Below are positions 7,606 through 15,008 of a DNA stretch of 32,000 nucleotides, piece after piece (position 1 is the stretch's first letter; the number at the start of each line of letters is the position of its first letter). Source of the DNA: Pseudomonas aeruginosa (lineage in GTDB: Bacteria > Pseudomonadota > Gammaproteobacteria > Pseudomonadales > Pseudomonadaceae). The stretch spans positions 4,140,001 through 4,172,000 of the forward strand of contig NZ_LN831024.1 of NCBI RefSeq assembly GCF_001457615.1, written 5' to 3'. The translations under genes were made by a program, and so were the position numbers. The notes under the pieces are model-generated. The model saw only the letters and a program-made list of their open reading frames with translations. It made no database searches and was not told where the DNA came from.

Positions 7606-8640
7606 ATGCGTTCGCAGCGGATCGTCCACATCGTCAGTTGCCATGCCGAAGGCGAGGTCGGCGACGTGATCGTCGGCGGCGTCGCCGCACCGCCCGGCGC
7701 CACCCTCTGGGAACAGTCGCGCTGGATCGCCAGAGACCAGGACCTGCGCAACTTCGTCCTCAACGAACCGCGCGGCGGAGTGTTCCGCCACGCCAATCTG
7801 CTGGTGCCGGCCAAGGACCCGCGCGCGCAGATGGGCTGGATCATCATGGAGCCGGCCGACACCCCGCCGATGTCCGGTTCCAATTCGCTGTGCGTGGCCA
7901 CCGTACTGCTCGACAGCGGCATCCTGCCGATGCGCGAACCGCTGACCCGGCTGCTGCTGGAAGCGCCGGGCGGGCTGATCGAGGCCCGCGCGGAATGCCG
8001 CGACGGCAAGGCCGAGCGGGTGGAAATCCGCAACGTGCCGTCGTTCGCCGACCGCCTCGACGCCTGGATCGAAGTCGAGGGCCTCGGCTCGCTACAGGTC
8101 GACACCGCCTACGGCGGCGACAGCTTCGTCATCGCCGACGCCCGGCGCCTGGGCTTCGCCCTGCGCGCCGACGAGGCCGCCGAGCTGGTCGCCACCGGCT
8201 TGAAGATCACCCACGCGGCCAACGAACAACTGGGCTTCCGCCACCCGACCAACCCGGACTGGGACCATCTGTCCTTCTGCCAGCTGGCCGCGCCGCCGGA
8301 GCGCCGCGACGGTGTCCTCGGCGCGAGCAACGCGGTGGTCATCCGCCCCGGCAAGATCGACCGCTCGCCCTGCGGCACCGGCTGCTCGGCGCGGATGGCG
8401 GTGCTCCAGGCGAAAGGCCAGCTGCGGGTCGGCGAACGCTTCGTCGGGCGCTCCATCATCGGTTCGGAATTCCACTGCCACATCGAGTCGCTGACCGAAC
8501 TCGGCGGCCGTCCGGCGATCCTCCCGTGCCTGTCCGGGCGGGCCTGGATCACCGGCATCCACCAGTACCTGCTCGACCCGGACGATCCCTGGCCGCAAGG
8601 CTATCGGCTGTCCGACACCTGGCCCGGCGGCCACTGCTGA
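7606..8640 (+). CDS. lhpH: Proline-racemase-superfamily enzyme, probably trans-3-hydroxy-L-proline dehydratase (LhpH)
   Basis: 344 aa with ATG at 7606 preceded by AGGAGA. The family motifs are NEPRGG, a first catalytic-site motif PMSGSNS (Ser90, codon 7873-7875, where racemases and epimerases have Cys), and a second motif DRSPCGTG (Cys256, codon 8371-8373). Confidence 0.8.
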   Translation: MRSQRIVHIVSCHAEGEVGDVIVGGVAAPPGATLWEQSRWIARDQDLRNFVLNEPRGGVFRHANLLVPAKDPRAQMGWIIMEPADTPPMSGSNSLCVATVLLDSGILPMREPLTRLLLEAPGGLIEARAECRDGKAERVEIRNVPSFADRLDAWIEVEGLGSLQVDTAYGGDSFVIADARRLGFALRADEAAELVATGLKITHAANEQLGFRHPTNPDWDHLSFCQLAAPPERRDGVLGASNAVVIRPGKIDRSPCGTGCSARMAVLQAKGQLRVGERFVGRSIIGSEFHCHIESLTELGGRPAILPCLSGRAWITGIHQYLLDPDDPWPQGYRLSDTWPGGHC

Positions 8641-8678
8641 CCACCCCGCCCGACCGCAGGCAGCGGCCGGGCGGAAAC

Positions 8679-8752
8679 CGATCCGGCGCGTACCGGATCG
8701 CCCACGACGGCGAACGCTGCCGTCGCCCTGTGACTCGGACCGCAGCGGTCCG
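8679..8752 (+). terminator. Cluster of three consecutive hairpins after lhpH (likely transcription-unit boundary)
   Basis: Hairpin 1 is CGATCCGG-cgcgta-CCGGATCG (8679-8700). Hairpin 2 is GACGGC-gaacgct-GCCGTC (8706-8724). Hairpin 3 is CGGACCGC-a-GCGGTCCG (8736-8752). None has a clear U-tract. Confidence 0.35.
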
Positions 8753-8759
8753 ATTGAAT

Positions 8760-8777
8760 TCGTATACGAAATACGAA
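8760..8777. promoter_or_regulatory. Shared operator-like motif TCGTATACGAAAT (copy 2) followed by a tandem ATACGAA ATACGAA
   Basis: 8760-8772 is identical to 2853-2865. ATACGAA occurs at 8764-8770 and again at 8771-8777. The motif lies just upstream of the AGGAG SD (8781-8785) and the ATG at 8791. Confidence 0.4.
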
Positions 8778-8790
8778 AAAAGGAGAAACC

Positions 8791-9708
8791 ATGAGCAAGC
8801 ACGTCAACTGGAGCGGCGTATTCCCCGCGGTCACCACCCAATTCAACGCCGATTTCTCGGTGAACCTGGAGGAAACCCACACGGTCATCTCCAACCTGGT
8901 GCGCGACGGCGTGTCCGGGCTGGTGGTATGCGGCAGCGTCGGCGAGAACACCTCGCTGACCATCGAGGAGAAGATGGCCGTCACCGAGGTCGCCAAGGAT
9001 GCCTCCGGCGGCCGCGTGCCGGTGATCTGCGGGATCGCCGAGTTCACCAGCGCCGGCGCGGCGAAGGTGGCCAAGGCGGTGGAGCGGGTCGGCGTCGACG
9101 GCATCATGGTGATGCCGGCGCTGGTCTATTCCTCCAAGCCGCACGAGACCGCCGAGCATTTCCGCAGCGTGGCCAGCGGCACCGACCTGCCGGTGATGGT
9201 CTACAACAACCCGCCGATCTACCGGAACGACGTCACCCCGGACATCCTGGTTTCCCTGGCCGACTGCGAGAACATCGTCTGCTTCAAGGACAGCTCCGGC
9301 GACACCCGCCGCTTCATCGACGTACGCAACCAGGTGGGCGAGCGCTTCATCCTCTTCGCCGGGCTCGACGACGTGGTCCTGGAAAGCGTGGCGGTGGGTG
9401 CCCAGGGCTGGATCTCGGGAATGTCCAACGTGTTCCCGAAGGAAGGCGAGACCATCTTCCGCCTGGCCAGGGCCGGGCGCTTCGCCGAGGCGATGCCGAT
9501 CTACGAGTGGCTGATGCCGATCCTCCATCTCGACGCCCGTCCCGACCTGGTGCAGTGCATCAAGCTCTGCGAGCAACTCGCCGGTCGCGGCAGCGCCCTC
9601 ACCCGTCCACCGCGCCTGGCCCTGCGCGGCGCCGATCGCGAGCACGTCGAGCGGATCATGGCCAAGGCCCTGGCCAGCCGGCCGGCGCTGCCGGACGTCG
9701 GCTTGTAG
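8791..9708 (+). CDS. lhpC: DapA/N-acetylneuraminate-lyase-family enzyme; Delta1-pyrroline-4-hydroxy-2-carboxylate deaminase of the Hyp pathway
   Basis: 305 aa with a strong SD. Class I aldolase/DHDPS-like motifs are present: VCGSVGE, and the Schiff-base lysine context VCFKDSSGD. The specific function is assigned from literature on the P. aeruginosa lhp genes, recalled from memory. Confidence 0.85.
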   Translation: MSKHVNWSGVFPAVTTQFNADFSVNLEETHTVISNLVRDGVSGLVVCGSVGENTSLTIEEKMAVTEVAKDASGGRVPVICGIAEFTSAGAAKVAKAVERVGVDGIMVMPALVYSSKPHETAEHFRSVASGTDLPVMVYNNPPIYRNDVTPDILVSLADCENIVCFKDSSGDTRRFIDVRNQVGERFILFAGLDDVVLESVAVGAQGWISGMSNVFPKEGETIFRLARAGRFAEAMPIYEWLMPILHLDARPDLVQCIKLCEQLAGRGSALTRPPRLALRGADREHVERIMAKALASRPALPDVGL

Positions 9709-9718
9709 CCGGCGCCGC

Positions 9719-9759
9719 GCCCTCGCCGCCTCGCTCCCCGGGGAGCGGCCGGCGAGGGC
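9719..9759 (+). other. Long interrupted GC-rich hairpin between lhpC and lhpG
   Basis: The outer arms are GCCCTCGCCG (9719-9728) and CGGCGAGGGC (9750-9759). The inner element is the perfect palindrome CGCTCCCCGGGGAGCG (9732-9747). That gives 18 bp in total with small internal bulges, and no U-tract. Confidence 0.4.
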
Positions 9760-9800
9760 CAGCGGCAGAGCATTCCGTCCACCGTCCCCAGGGAGGCCCC

Positions 9801-11381
9801 ATGCCCAGCATCCTCGGTCACAACTATGTCGGCGGCGCTCGCAGCGCCGCCGGCAACCTCATCCTGCGCAGCCTCGACGCCGACAGCGGCGAAGCGCTGC
9901 CCTACGCCTTCGTCCAGGCCACCGAGGCGGAGGTCGACGCCGCCGCCCGCGCCGCCGAACGCGCCTATCCACACTACCGGCAACTGTCCGCCACGCGCCG
10001 CGCCGGATTCCTCGAGGCGATCGCCTCGCGCCTCGACGCCCTGGGCGACGACTTCGTCGCCCTGGTCAGTCGCGAGACCGCGCTGCCCGCCGCACGCATC
10101 CAGGGCGAACGGATACGTACCGCCAACCAGTTGCGGCTGTTCGCCGAAGTCCTGCGGCGTGGCGACTTCCACGGCGCGCGCATCGACCGTGGACAACCCG
10201 GGCGTACCCCGCCGCGCCCCGACCTGCGCCAGTGGCGAATCGGTCTCGGCCCGGTGGCGGTGTTCGGTGCCAGCAACTTCCCGCTGGCCTTTTCCACCGC
10301 CGGCGGCGACAGCGCCGCCGCCCTGGCCGCCGGCTGCCCGGTGGTGGTCAAGGCACACGGCGGACACATGGCCACAGCCGAATGCGTGGCCGACGCGATC
10401 CTCCAGGCGGCGGCCGACAGCGGCATGCCGGACGGGGTATTCAACATGGTCTACGGCAGCGGCGTCGGCGAGGCGCTGGTGCGCCATCCGGCCATCCGCG
10501 CGGTCGGCTTCACCGGTTCGCTCAAGGGCGGGCGCGCACTGTGCGACCTGGCAGCGGCGCGGCCGCAGCCGATCCCGGTGTTCGCCGAGATGAGCAGCAT
10601 CAATCCGCTGGTGGTGCTCCCCGAAGCCCTGCGCCGGCGCGGCCGGCAGGTGGCGGAGGAGCTGGCCGCCTCGGTGACGCTCGGCTGCGGCCAGTTCTGC
10701 ACCAAGCCGGGCCTGGTGCTTGGCCTGCGCTCCCCCGGCTTCGACGCCTTCGTCGCGGCCCTGGGCGAGGCACTGGCCGCCAGGCCGGCACAGAGCATGC
10801 TCAACGCCGGCACCTTGCGCAGCTATGTCGAAGGACTGCAACGCCTGGAGCGCCACCCCGGCATCCGGCGCCTGGCCGGCGCGCCACAGGAAGGGCGGCA
10901 GGCCCATCCGCAGTTGTTCAAGGCCGACGTGGGCCTGTTGCTGGAAGGCGACGAACTGCTCCAGGAAGAGGTGTTCGGCCCGGCCACCGTGGTCGTCGAG
11001 GCGGCCGACGAGGAACAGCTTGCTCGCGCGCTGGACAACCTGCACGGCCAGTTGTCGGCGACCCTGATCGGCGAAGCGGACGACCTCGCGGCGTTCGCCG
11101 GGCTGGTCCCGCTGCTCGAACGCAAGGCCGGGCGCCTGCTATTCAACGGCTATCCGACCGGCGTCGAGGTGTGCGACGCCATGGTCCACGGCGGCCCCTA
11201 CCCGGCCACCTCCGACGCTCGCGGCACCTCGGTGGGAACCCTGGCCATCGAGCGTTTCCTGCGCCCGCTGTGCTACCAGGACTACCCCGACAGCCTGCTC
11301 CCGGACGCCCTGAAGAACGCCAACCCGCTGGGCCTGCTGCGCCTGGTCGATGGCCGGAGCACGCGCGAGGCGCTGGATTGA
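9801..11381 (+). CDS. lhpG: Aldehyde dehydrogenase family; alpha-ketoglutarate semialdehyde dehydrogenase
   Basis: The start at ATG 9801 (MPSILGHNYVGG...) is preceded by GGGAGG. The gene is embedded in the artefactual 1247-aa track ORF 7638..11381. ALDH features include the catalytic Cys context GCGQFCTKPG and FAEMSSINP. Confidence 0.85.
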   Translation: MPSILGHNYVGGARSAAGNLILRSLDADSGEALPYAFVQATEAEVDAAARAAERAYPHYRQLSATRRAGFLEAIASRLDALGDDFVALVSRETALPAARIQGERIRTANQLRLFAEVLRRGDFHGARIDRGQPGRTPPRPDLRQWRIGLGPVAVFGASNFPLAFSTAGGDSAAALAAGCPVVVKAHGGHMATAECVADAILQAAADSGMPDGVFNMVYGSGVGEALVRHPAIRAVGFTGSLKGGRALCDLAAARPQPIPVFAEMSSINPLVVLPEALRRRGRQVAEELAASVTLGCGQFCTKPGLVLGLRSPGFDAFVAALGEALAARPAQSMLNAGTLRSYVEGLQRLERHPGIRRLAGAPQEGRQAHPQLFKADVGLLLEGDELLQEEVFGPATVVVEAADEEQLARALDNLHGQLSATLIGEADDLAAFAGLVPLLERKAGRLLFNGYPTGVEVCDAMVHGGPYPATSDARGTSVGTLAIERFLRPLCYQDYPDSLLPDALKNANPLGLLRLVDGRSTREALD

Positions 11382-11401
11382 GCACGCCTGGGAGCCTGGA
11401 T

Positions 11402-11436
11402 GGCGGATAGCGCCGTTGGCGCTATCCGCCCTACGC
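11402..11436 (+). repeat. REP-like perfect hairpin with CTACGC tail between convergent genes (probable bidirectional terminator)
   Basis: GGCGGATAGCGC (11402-11413), cgttg, GCGCTATCCGCC (11419-11430) form a 12-bp perfect stem. CTACGC follows at 11431-11436. A related copy lies at 24030-24066. Confidence 0.6.
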
Positions 11437-11484
11437 AGTCGTCCTCGTTGCGCCACGCTGTCCGGTCGGCCCCTCGCCTTGCGC

Positions 11485-12489
11485 TCACTCCAGCAACGCC
11501 AGCAGCTCCCGGTGCAACGCCTCGGGAATCGTCACACCGTCCCTGGCGCTGCGTTCGCGCGCTTCGAAGCGTCGCTGCGAGGGCAAGCGCGCGCCCTGTT
11601 CGACGATGCCTTCGAACAGCGTCTCGGCGCGCGCCAGGTGCTCCTCCGCCGAGGCGCCGAGCATGCGCCGCGGATCGATGGCGATCAGCAGTTCGCCACC
11701 GTAGGGAGAAGAACGGCTGCCCTCGTCGTAGGCCAGCGACTCGGCACTGGTCAGGTCGCCGATCAGCGGACCGGCGAGCAGTTCGACCATCGCCGCCAGG
11801 GCCGAGCCCTTGTGCCCGCCGAAAGTGAGCATGGCGCCTCGCAACGCGGCGCTGGCATCGGTGGTCGGCTCGCCCTGCTCGTCCACCCCCCAGCCCAGCG
11901 GGATTGGCTTGCCGGCGCGTTCGTGCAACTGGATCTCGCCACGCGCCACGGCGCTGGTGGCGAAGTCGAAGACGAACGGCGGGCCGTCCGGACGCGGCCA
12001 GCCAAAGGCGATCGGGTTGGTGCCGAAGATCGGCTTGCGTCCGCCCGCCGGCGCCACCCAGGCATGACTCGGCGTGGTCGCCAGGGCCACCAGGCCCGCC
12101 TCGGTGAGTGCCTCGACCTCAACCCATAGCGCGGAGAAATGCACACAGCGGTTTACCGCCATCGCCGCGATACCCTGGCTGCGGGCCTTCTCCAGCAGAT
12201 GCGGCAGCCCCAGCCGGAATGCGCACTGGGAGAACCCGCCATGGGCGTCGACCCGCAGCAGGCCGGGAGCGATGTCGTGCAGTTCCGGCTCGGCGTCGGC
12301 GGATACCTTGCCGGCCTTCAGGGTGGCGATGCAGCCGAGCAACCGCCAGATACCGTGGGACGCGCATTCGTCACGCTCCCCCGCCACCAGGGTATCGGCC
12401 ACCGCCTGTACATGGGCTTCGCTGAAAGCGTGCCGGCGCAGGATGCGCACGGCCAGCTCGCGGACCTCGTCCAGCGTCATTCGGATCAC
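11485..12489 (-). CDS. dpkA: Ldh_2-family NAD(P)H-dependent Delta1-piperideine-2-carboxylate/Delta1-pyrroline-2-carboxylate reductase
   Basis: 334 aa with a GTG start at 12489 and AAGGAG 6 nt upstream on the minus strand. Family motifs are SHGIWRL and FGGHKGSALA. Confidence 0.85.
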   Translation of the reverse strand: MIRMTLDEVRELAVRILRRHAFSEAHVQAVADTLVAGERDECASHGIWRLLGCIATLKAGKVSADAEPELHDIAPGLLRVDAHGGFSQCAFRLGLPHLLEKARSQGIAAMAVNRCVHFSALWVEVEALTEAGLVALATTPSHAWVAPAGGRKPIFGTNPIAFGWPRPDGPPFVFDFATSAVARGEIQLHERAGKPIPLGWGVDEQGEPTTDASAALRGAMLTFGGHKGSALAAMVELLAGPLIGDLTSAESLAYDEGSRSSPYGGELLIAIDPRRMLGASAEEHLARAETLFEGIVEQGARLPSQRRFEARERSARDGVTIPEALHRELLALLE

Positions 12490-12728
12490 GGGCTTCTCCT
12501 TGTTCGACCAATCCCTAGGGTGGCCTGCCGCGACAGCCTTCTCTTGACCTCAATCGACCCGGAGCATGCCGAAAACGGCACAACCGGCTCGAGCACATCG
12601 AAAACTTACAGAAAATTCCTATCAATCATGTAAGGCAATTCCAAATAGCCCCGCAGCCCCTCAAGAAACCCCTCCGCGCCCCGCTACAGGGCCAAGCACC
12701 TTCCCACAGCCCGGTCGGAGACCACCCC

Positions 12729-14354
12729 ATGCTTCTTCGTCGTATCGCCATCACCCCACGCGCCGTCATCGGCTTCGCCATCCTCGCCTCGCTGCTGGTG
12801 GCGCTCGGCCTCTTCGCGCACAACCGCATGGGTTCGCTGAACCGCGCCGCCAAGGATATCGGCGAGGTCTGGCTGCCCAGCGTCGAAGCCTCGGCCCAGC
12901 TCAGCGGCCTGATGAGCGAACTGCGCCTCGGCGAGATGAACCACGTGCTGCTGCACGACGCCACGCGCATGCGCCAGCAGGAACAACGGATGGACGAGGT
13001 CATCGCTACCCTCGCCAGGGTGGAAAGGGAATACCGCCCCTTGCTGGTCCTGGACGAGGAGCGCGCGTTGCTCGACCAGTTCGTCCAGCGCCAGCAGGAA
13101 TACCTCGAAGGACACGCCGCCCTGCTCGCGCTGTCCCGTGACAACCGTACCGACGAAGCCAGCGTGCTGATGGGCGGGGCCCAGTTGCAGCGCTACGAGC
13201 AGGTGCAGCGGACCCTGAAGCAACTCATCGCCCTCGACCGCGAGGCCGCCCGCGCCTCCACCGCCGAAGCCGCCGATGTCTACTCCCGGGCCTCCACCGC
13301 GATCCTCGCGGTGCTGCTGGTGGCCCTGGCGGCCAGCGTGACGATCGCCTGGCTGCTGACCCGCAGCATCGTCGTGCCGATCCGCCAGGCGGTGTCCTGC
13401 GCCGACCGCATCGCGGCCCGCGACCTGACCGGCGAGATCGCCAGCGACGGCGACGACGAGCCGGCGCAACTGATGAAGGCCATGCGCAGCATGCAGGCCA
13501 GCCTGCACGACACCATCGAGCAGATCGGCGATTCCGCCGCGCTGCTGGCCGCCGCTGCCGAGCAACTGAACGCGGTGACCGAGGAAGGCAACCGGTCGCT
13601 GGCCCGGCAGAACGATGAGATCGAGATGGCCGCCACCGCGGTCAACGAAATGAGCGCGGCGGTCGAGGAGGTCGCGCGCAACGCCAGCTCCACCGCCGAG
13701 GCCTCCAGTCTCTCGGAACGGGCCGCCGGCAACGGCCGCGCACGGGTCGGACAGACCGTCCGCTCAATCCGCCAGATGAACACCGAGATCGGCCAGACCG
13801 CGCGCCTGGTGGAGGGCCTGGCCAGCCAGGCGCAGGACATCGGCAAGGTGCTCGACGTGATCCGCGCCATCGCCGAGCAGACCAACCTCCTCGCCCTCAA
13901 TGCCGCCATCGAGGCCGCCCGCGCCGGCGAGCAGGGCCGCGGATTCGCGGTGGTCGCCGACGAAGTGCGCGCCCTCGCCCACCGCACCCAGCAATCGACC
14001 CATGAGATCGAAGGCATGATCGCCAGCGTCCGCGAGGGCACCGACACCGCGGTGTCCGCGATGCGCGAGAACGACCAGCGCGCCCGGCAGATGCTCGACG
14101 AGGCCGAGGCCGCCGACCACGCCCTGGGCGAGATCGCCGAGCACGCCACGCGGATCAACGAGCGCACCCTGGTGATCGCCAGCGCTGCCGAGGAGCAGGC
14201 CCACGTCGCCCGCGAGGTCGATCGCAACCTGGTGAACATCCGCGACGTTGCCGTGCAGACCACCCAGGGCGCCGAGCAGACCCGCGGCGCCAGCCACGAG
14301 CTGTCGCGCCTGGCCAACGACCTCAAGGGTATGATCGGTCGCTTCGTGGTCTGA
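12729..14354 (+). CDS. Methyl-accepting chemotaxis protein (two TM segments, four-helix-bundle-type periplasmic domain, HAMP, signalling domain)
   Basis: 541 aa. TM1 is AVIGFAILASLLVALGLFA and TM2 is ILAVLLVALAASVTIAWLL. The conserved signalling hairpin reads EQTNLLALNAAIEAARAGEQGRGFAVVADEVRALA. There is no C-terminal CheR-tethering pentapeptide. Confidence 0.9.
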   Translation: MLLRRIAITPRAVIGFAILASLLVALGLFAHNRMGSLNRAAKDIGEVWLPSVEASAQLSGLMSELRLGEMNHVLLHDATRMRQQEQRMDEVIATLARVEREYRPLLVLDEERALLDQFVQRQQEYLEGHAALLALSRDNRTDEASVLMGGAQLQRYEQVQRTLKQLIALDREAARASTAEAADVYSRASTAILAVLLVALAASVTIAWLLTRSIVVPIRQAVSCADRIAARDLTGEIASDGDDEPAQLMKAMRSMQASLHDTIEQIGDSAALLAAAAEQLNAVTEEGNRSLARQNDEIEMAATAVNEMSAAVEEVARNASSTAEASSLSERAAGNGRARVGQTVRSIRQMNTEIGQTARLVEGLASQAQDIGKVLDVIRAIAEQTNLLALNAAIEAARAGEQGRGFAVVADEVRALAHRTQQSTHEIEGMIASVREGTDTAVSAMRENDQRARQMLDEAEAADHALGEIAEHATRINERTLVIASAAEEQAHVAREVDRNLVNIRDVAVQTTQGAEQTRGASHELSRLANDLKGMIGRFVV

Positions 14355-14366
14355 CCCGCAGGCGAG

Positions 14367-14762
14367 CTAGGGCGTCGCGCGGCGCAGCACCAACTGCCCG
14401 CCGTCGCCCTTCTGCACCCGGTAGTCGCCCTCGCCCTGGCGACCGAGGAGCATCAGGGTCAGGCCGCCGCGTTCGAGCAGCGCGATCCCGGCCGGGGTAG
14501 GCCTCCAGGCGCGCGGCTCGCTGGGCAGCCAGCGCGTGAGGCAGGCGGTATCGCCGCCCAGGTCGTAGCCACTGGCTTCCGCCACTTCGCTGTCGCGCAG
14601 CTCCAGGTGGCAGATCGCGGGCGCCTCGTCCTGCTGCAGGGTCCATTGCCCGGCGAGATCGGAAGCGCTGAGAAGAATCAGACTGCTGGCCATACTGATA
14701 CCTGTGCTGAAAAAACCGCAGAGCAAGCAAACCATCCTGGAGAGCTTCGCGCTTGCCGACAT
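14367..14762 (-). CDS. aprI: Alkaline protease inhibitor
   Basis: The start is moved to ATG 14762 (MSASAKLSRMVCLLCGFFSTGISMA/SSLILLSASDLAGQW...) with AGGAG 8 nt upstream. This gives 131 aa with a signal peptide. The sequence matches my memory of AprI, and the gene lies directly downstream of aprA. Confidence 0.9.
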   Translation of the reverse strand: MSASAKLSRMVCLLCGFFSTGISMASSLILLSASDLAGQWTLQQDEAPAICHLELRDSEVAEASGYDLGGDTACLTRWLPSEPRAWRPTPAGIALLERGGLTLMLLGRQGEGDYRVQKGDGGQLVLRRATP

Positions 14763-14965
14763 CGAGAGATCTCCTTCAAGCCTGGAACATCGGATAACAC
14801 GGCGAACGCCGCCCGCCATCCTCGCTTCGAACGCCATCGCGCGCCAGGCGCCGCGGGCCTCCGTTCGTCCGCCGGGCCGCCGGCCCACGGGCGCGCCACA
14901 GTTCACAACTTCGCTCCTGTGGAAGACACCTATCAATTCGAACAGTGCCCGGCCGGCCGAAGGGC

Positions 14966-14994
14966 CGCGGTTCGTACCGCCGCACCGAACCGCG
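14966..14994 (-). terminator. Hairpin 15 nt downstream of the aprA stop codon (partial terminator or processing element before aprI)
   Basis: CGCGGTTCG (14966-14974) and CGAACCGCG (14986-14994) form a 9-bp stem with an 11-nt loop. A second small GGCC-cttc-GGCC element follows on the minus strand. There is no clear U-tract. Confidence 0.35.
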
Positions 14995-15008
14995 CCCGTG
15001 TCAGCGCG

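Noticed and set aside
7638-11381. 1247-aa ORF on the plus strand.
   Set aside because: It is an off-frame read-through across lhpH and lhpC (Arg/Pro/Gly-rich junk) that happens to be in frame with lhpG. Only 9801..11381 is retained.
12661-12695. Possible FliA (sigma-28) promoter upstream of the chemoreceptor gene, TCAAG at 12661-12665.
   Set aside because: The sequence 15-16 nt downstream (CCGCTACA) matches the GCCGATAA -10 element poorly, so it is not supportable from sequence alone.
14763-14936. N-terminal extensions offered by the track for aprI (to 14936), aprE (to 19737), the first permease (from 5349), the ATPase (from 6654) and the small ORF (from 23466).
   Set aside because: The extensions overlap upstream genes or non-coding DNA and are compositionally aberrant. 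They lack an SD, whereas the internal starts have SD sequences, stop/start coupling or proper signal peptides.
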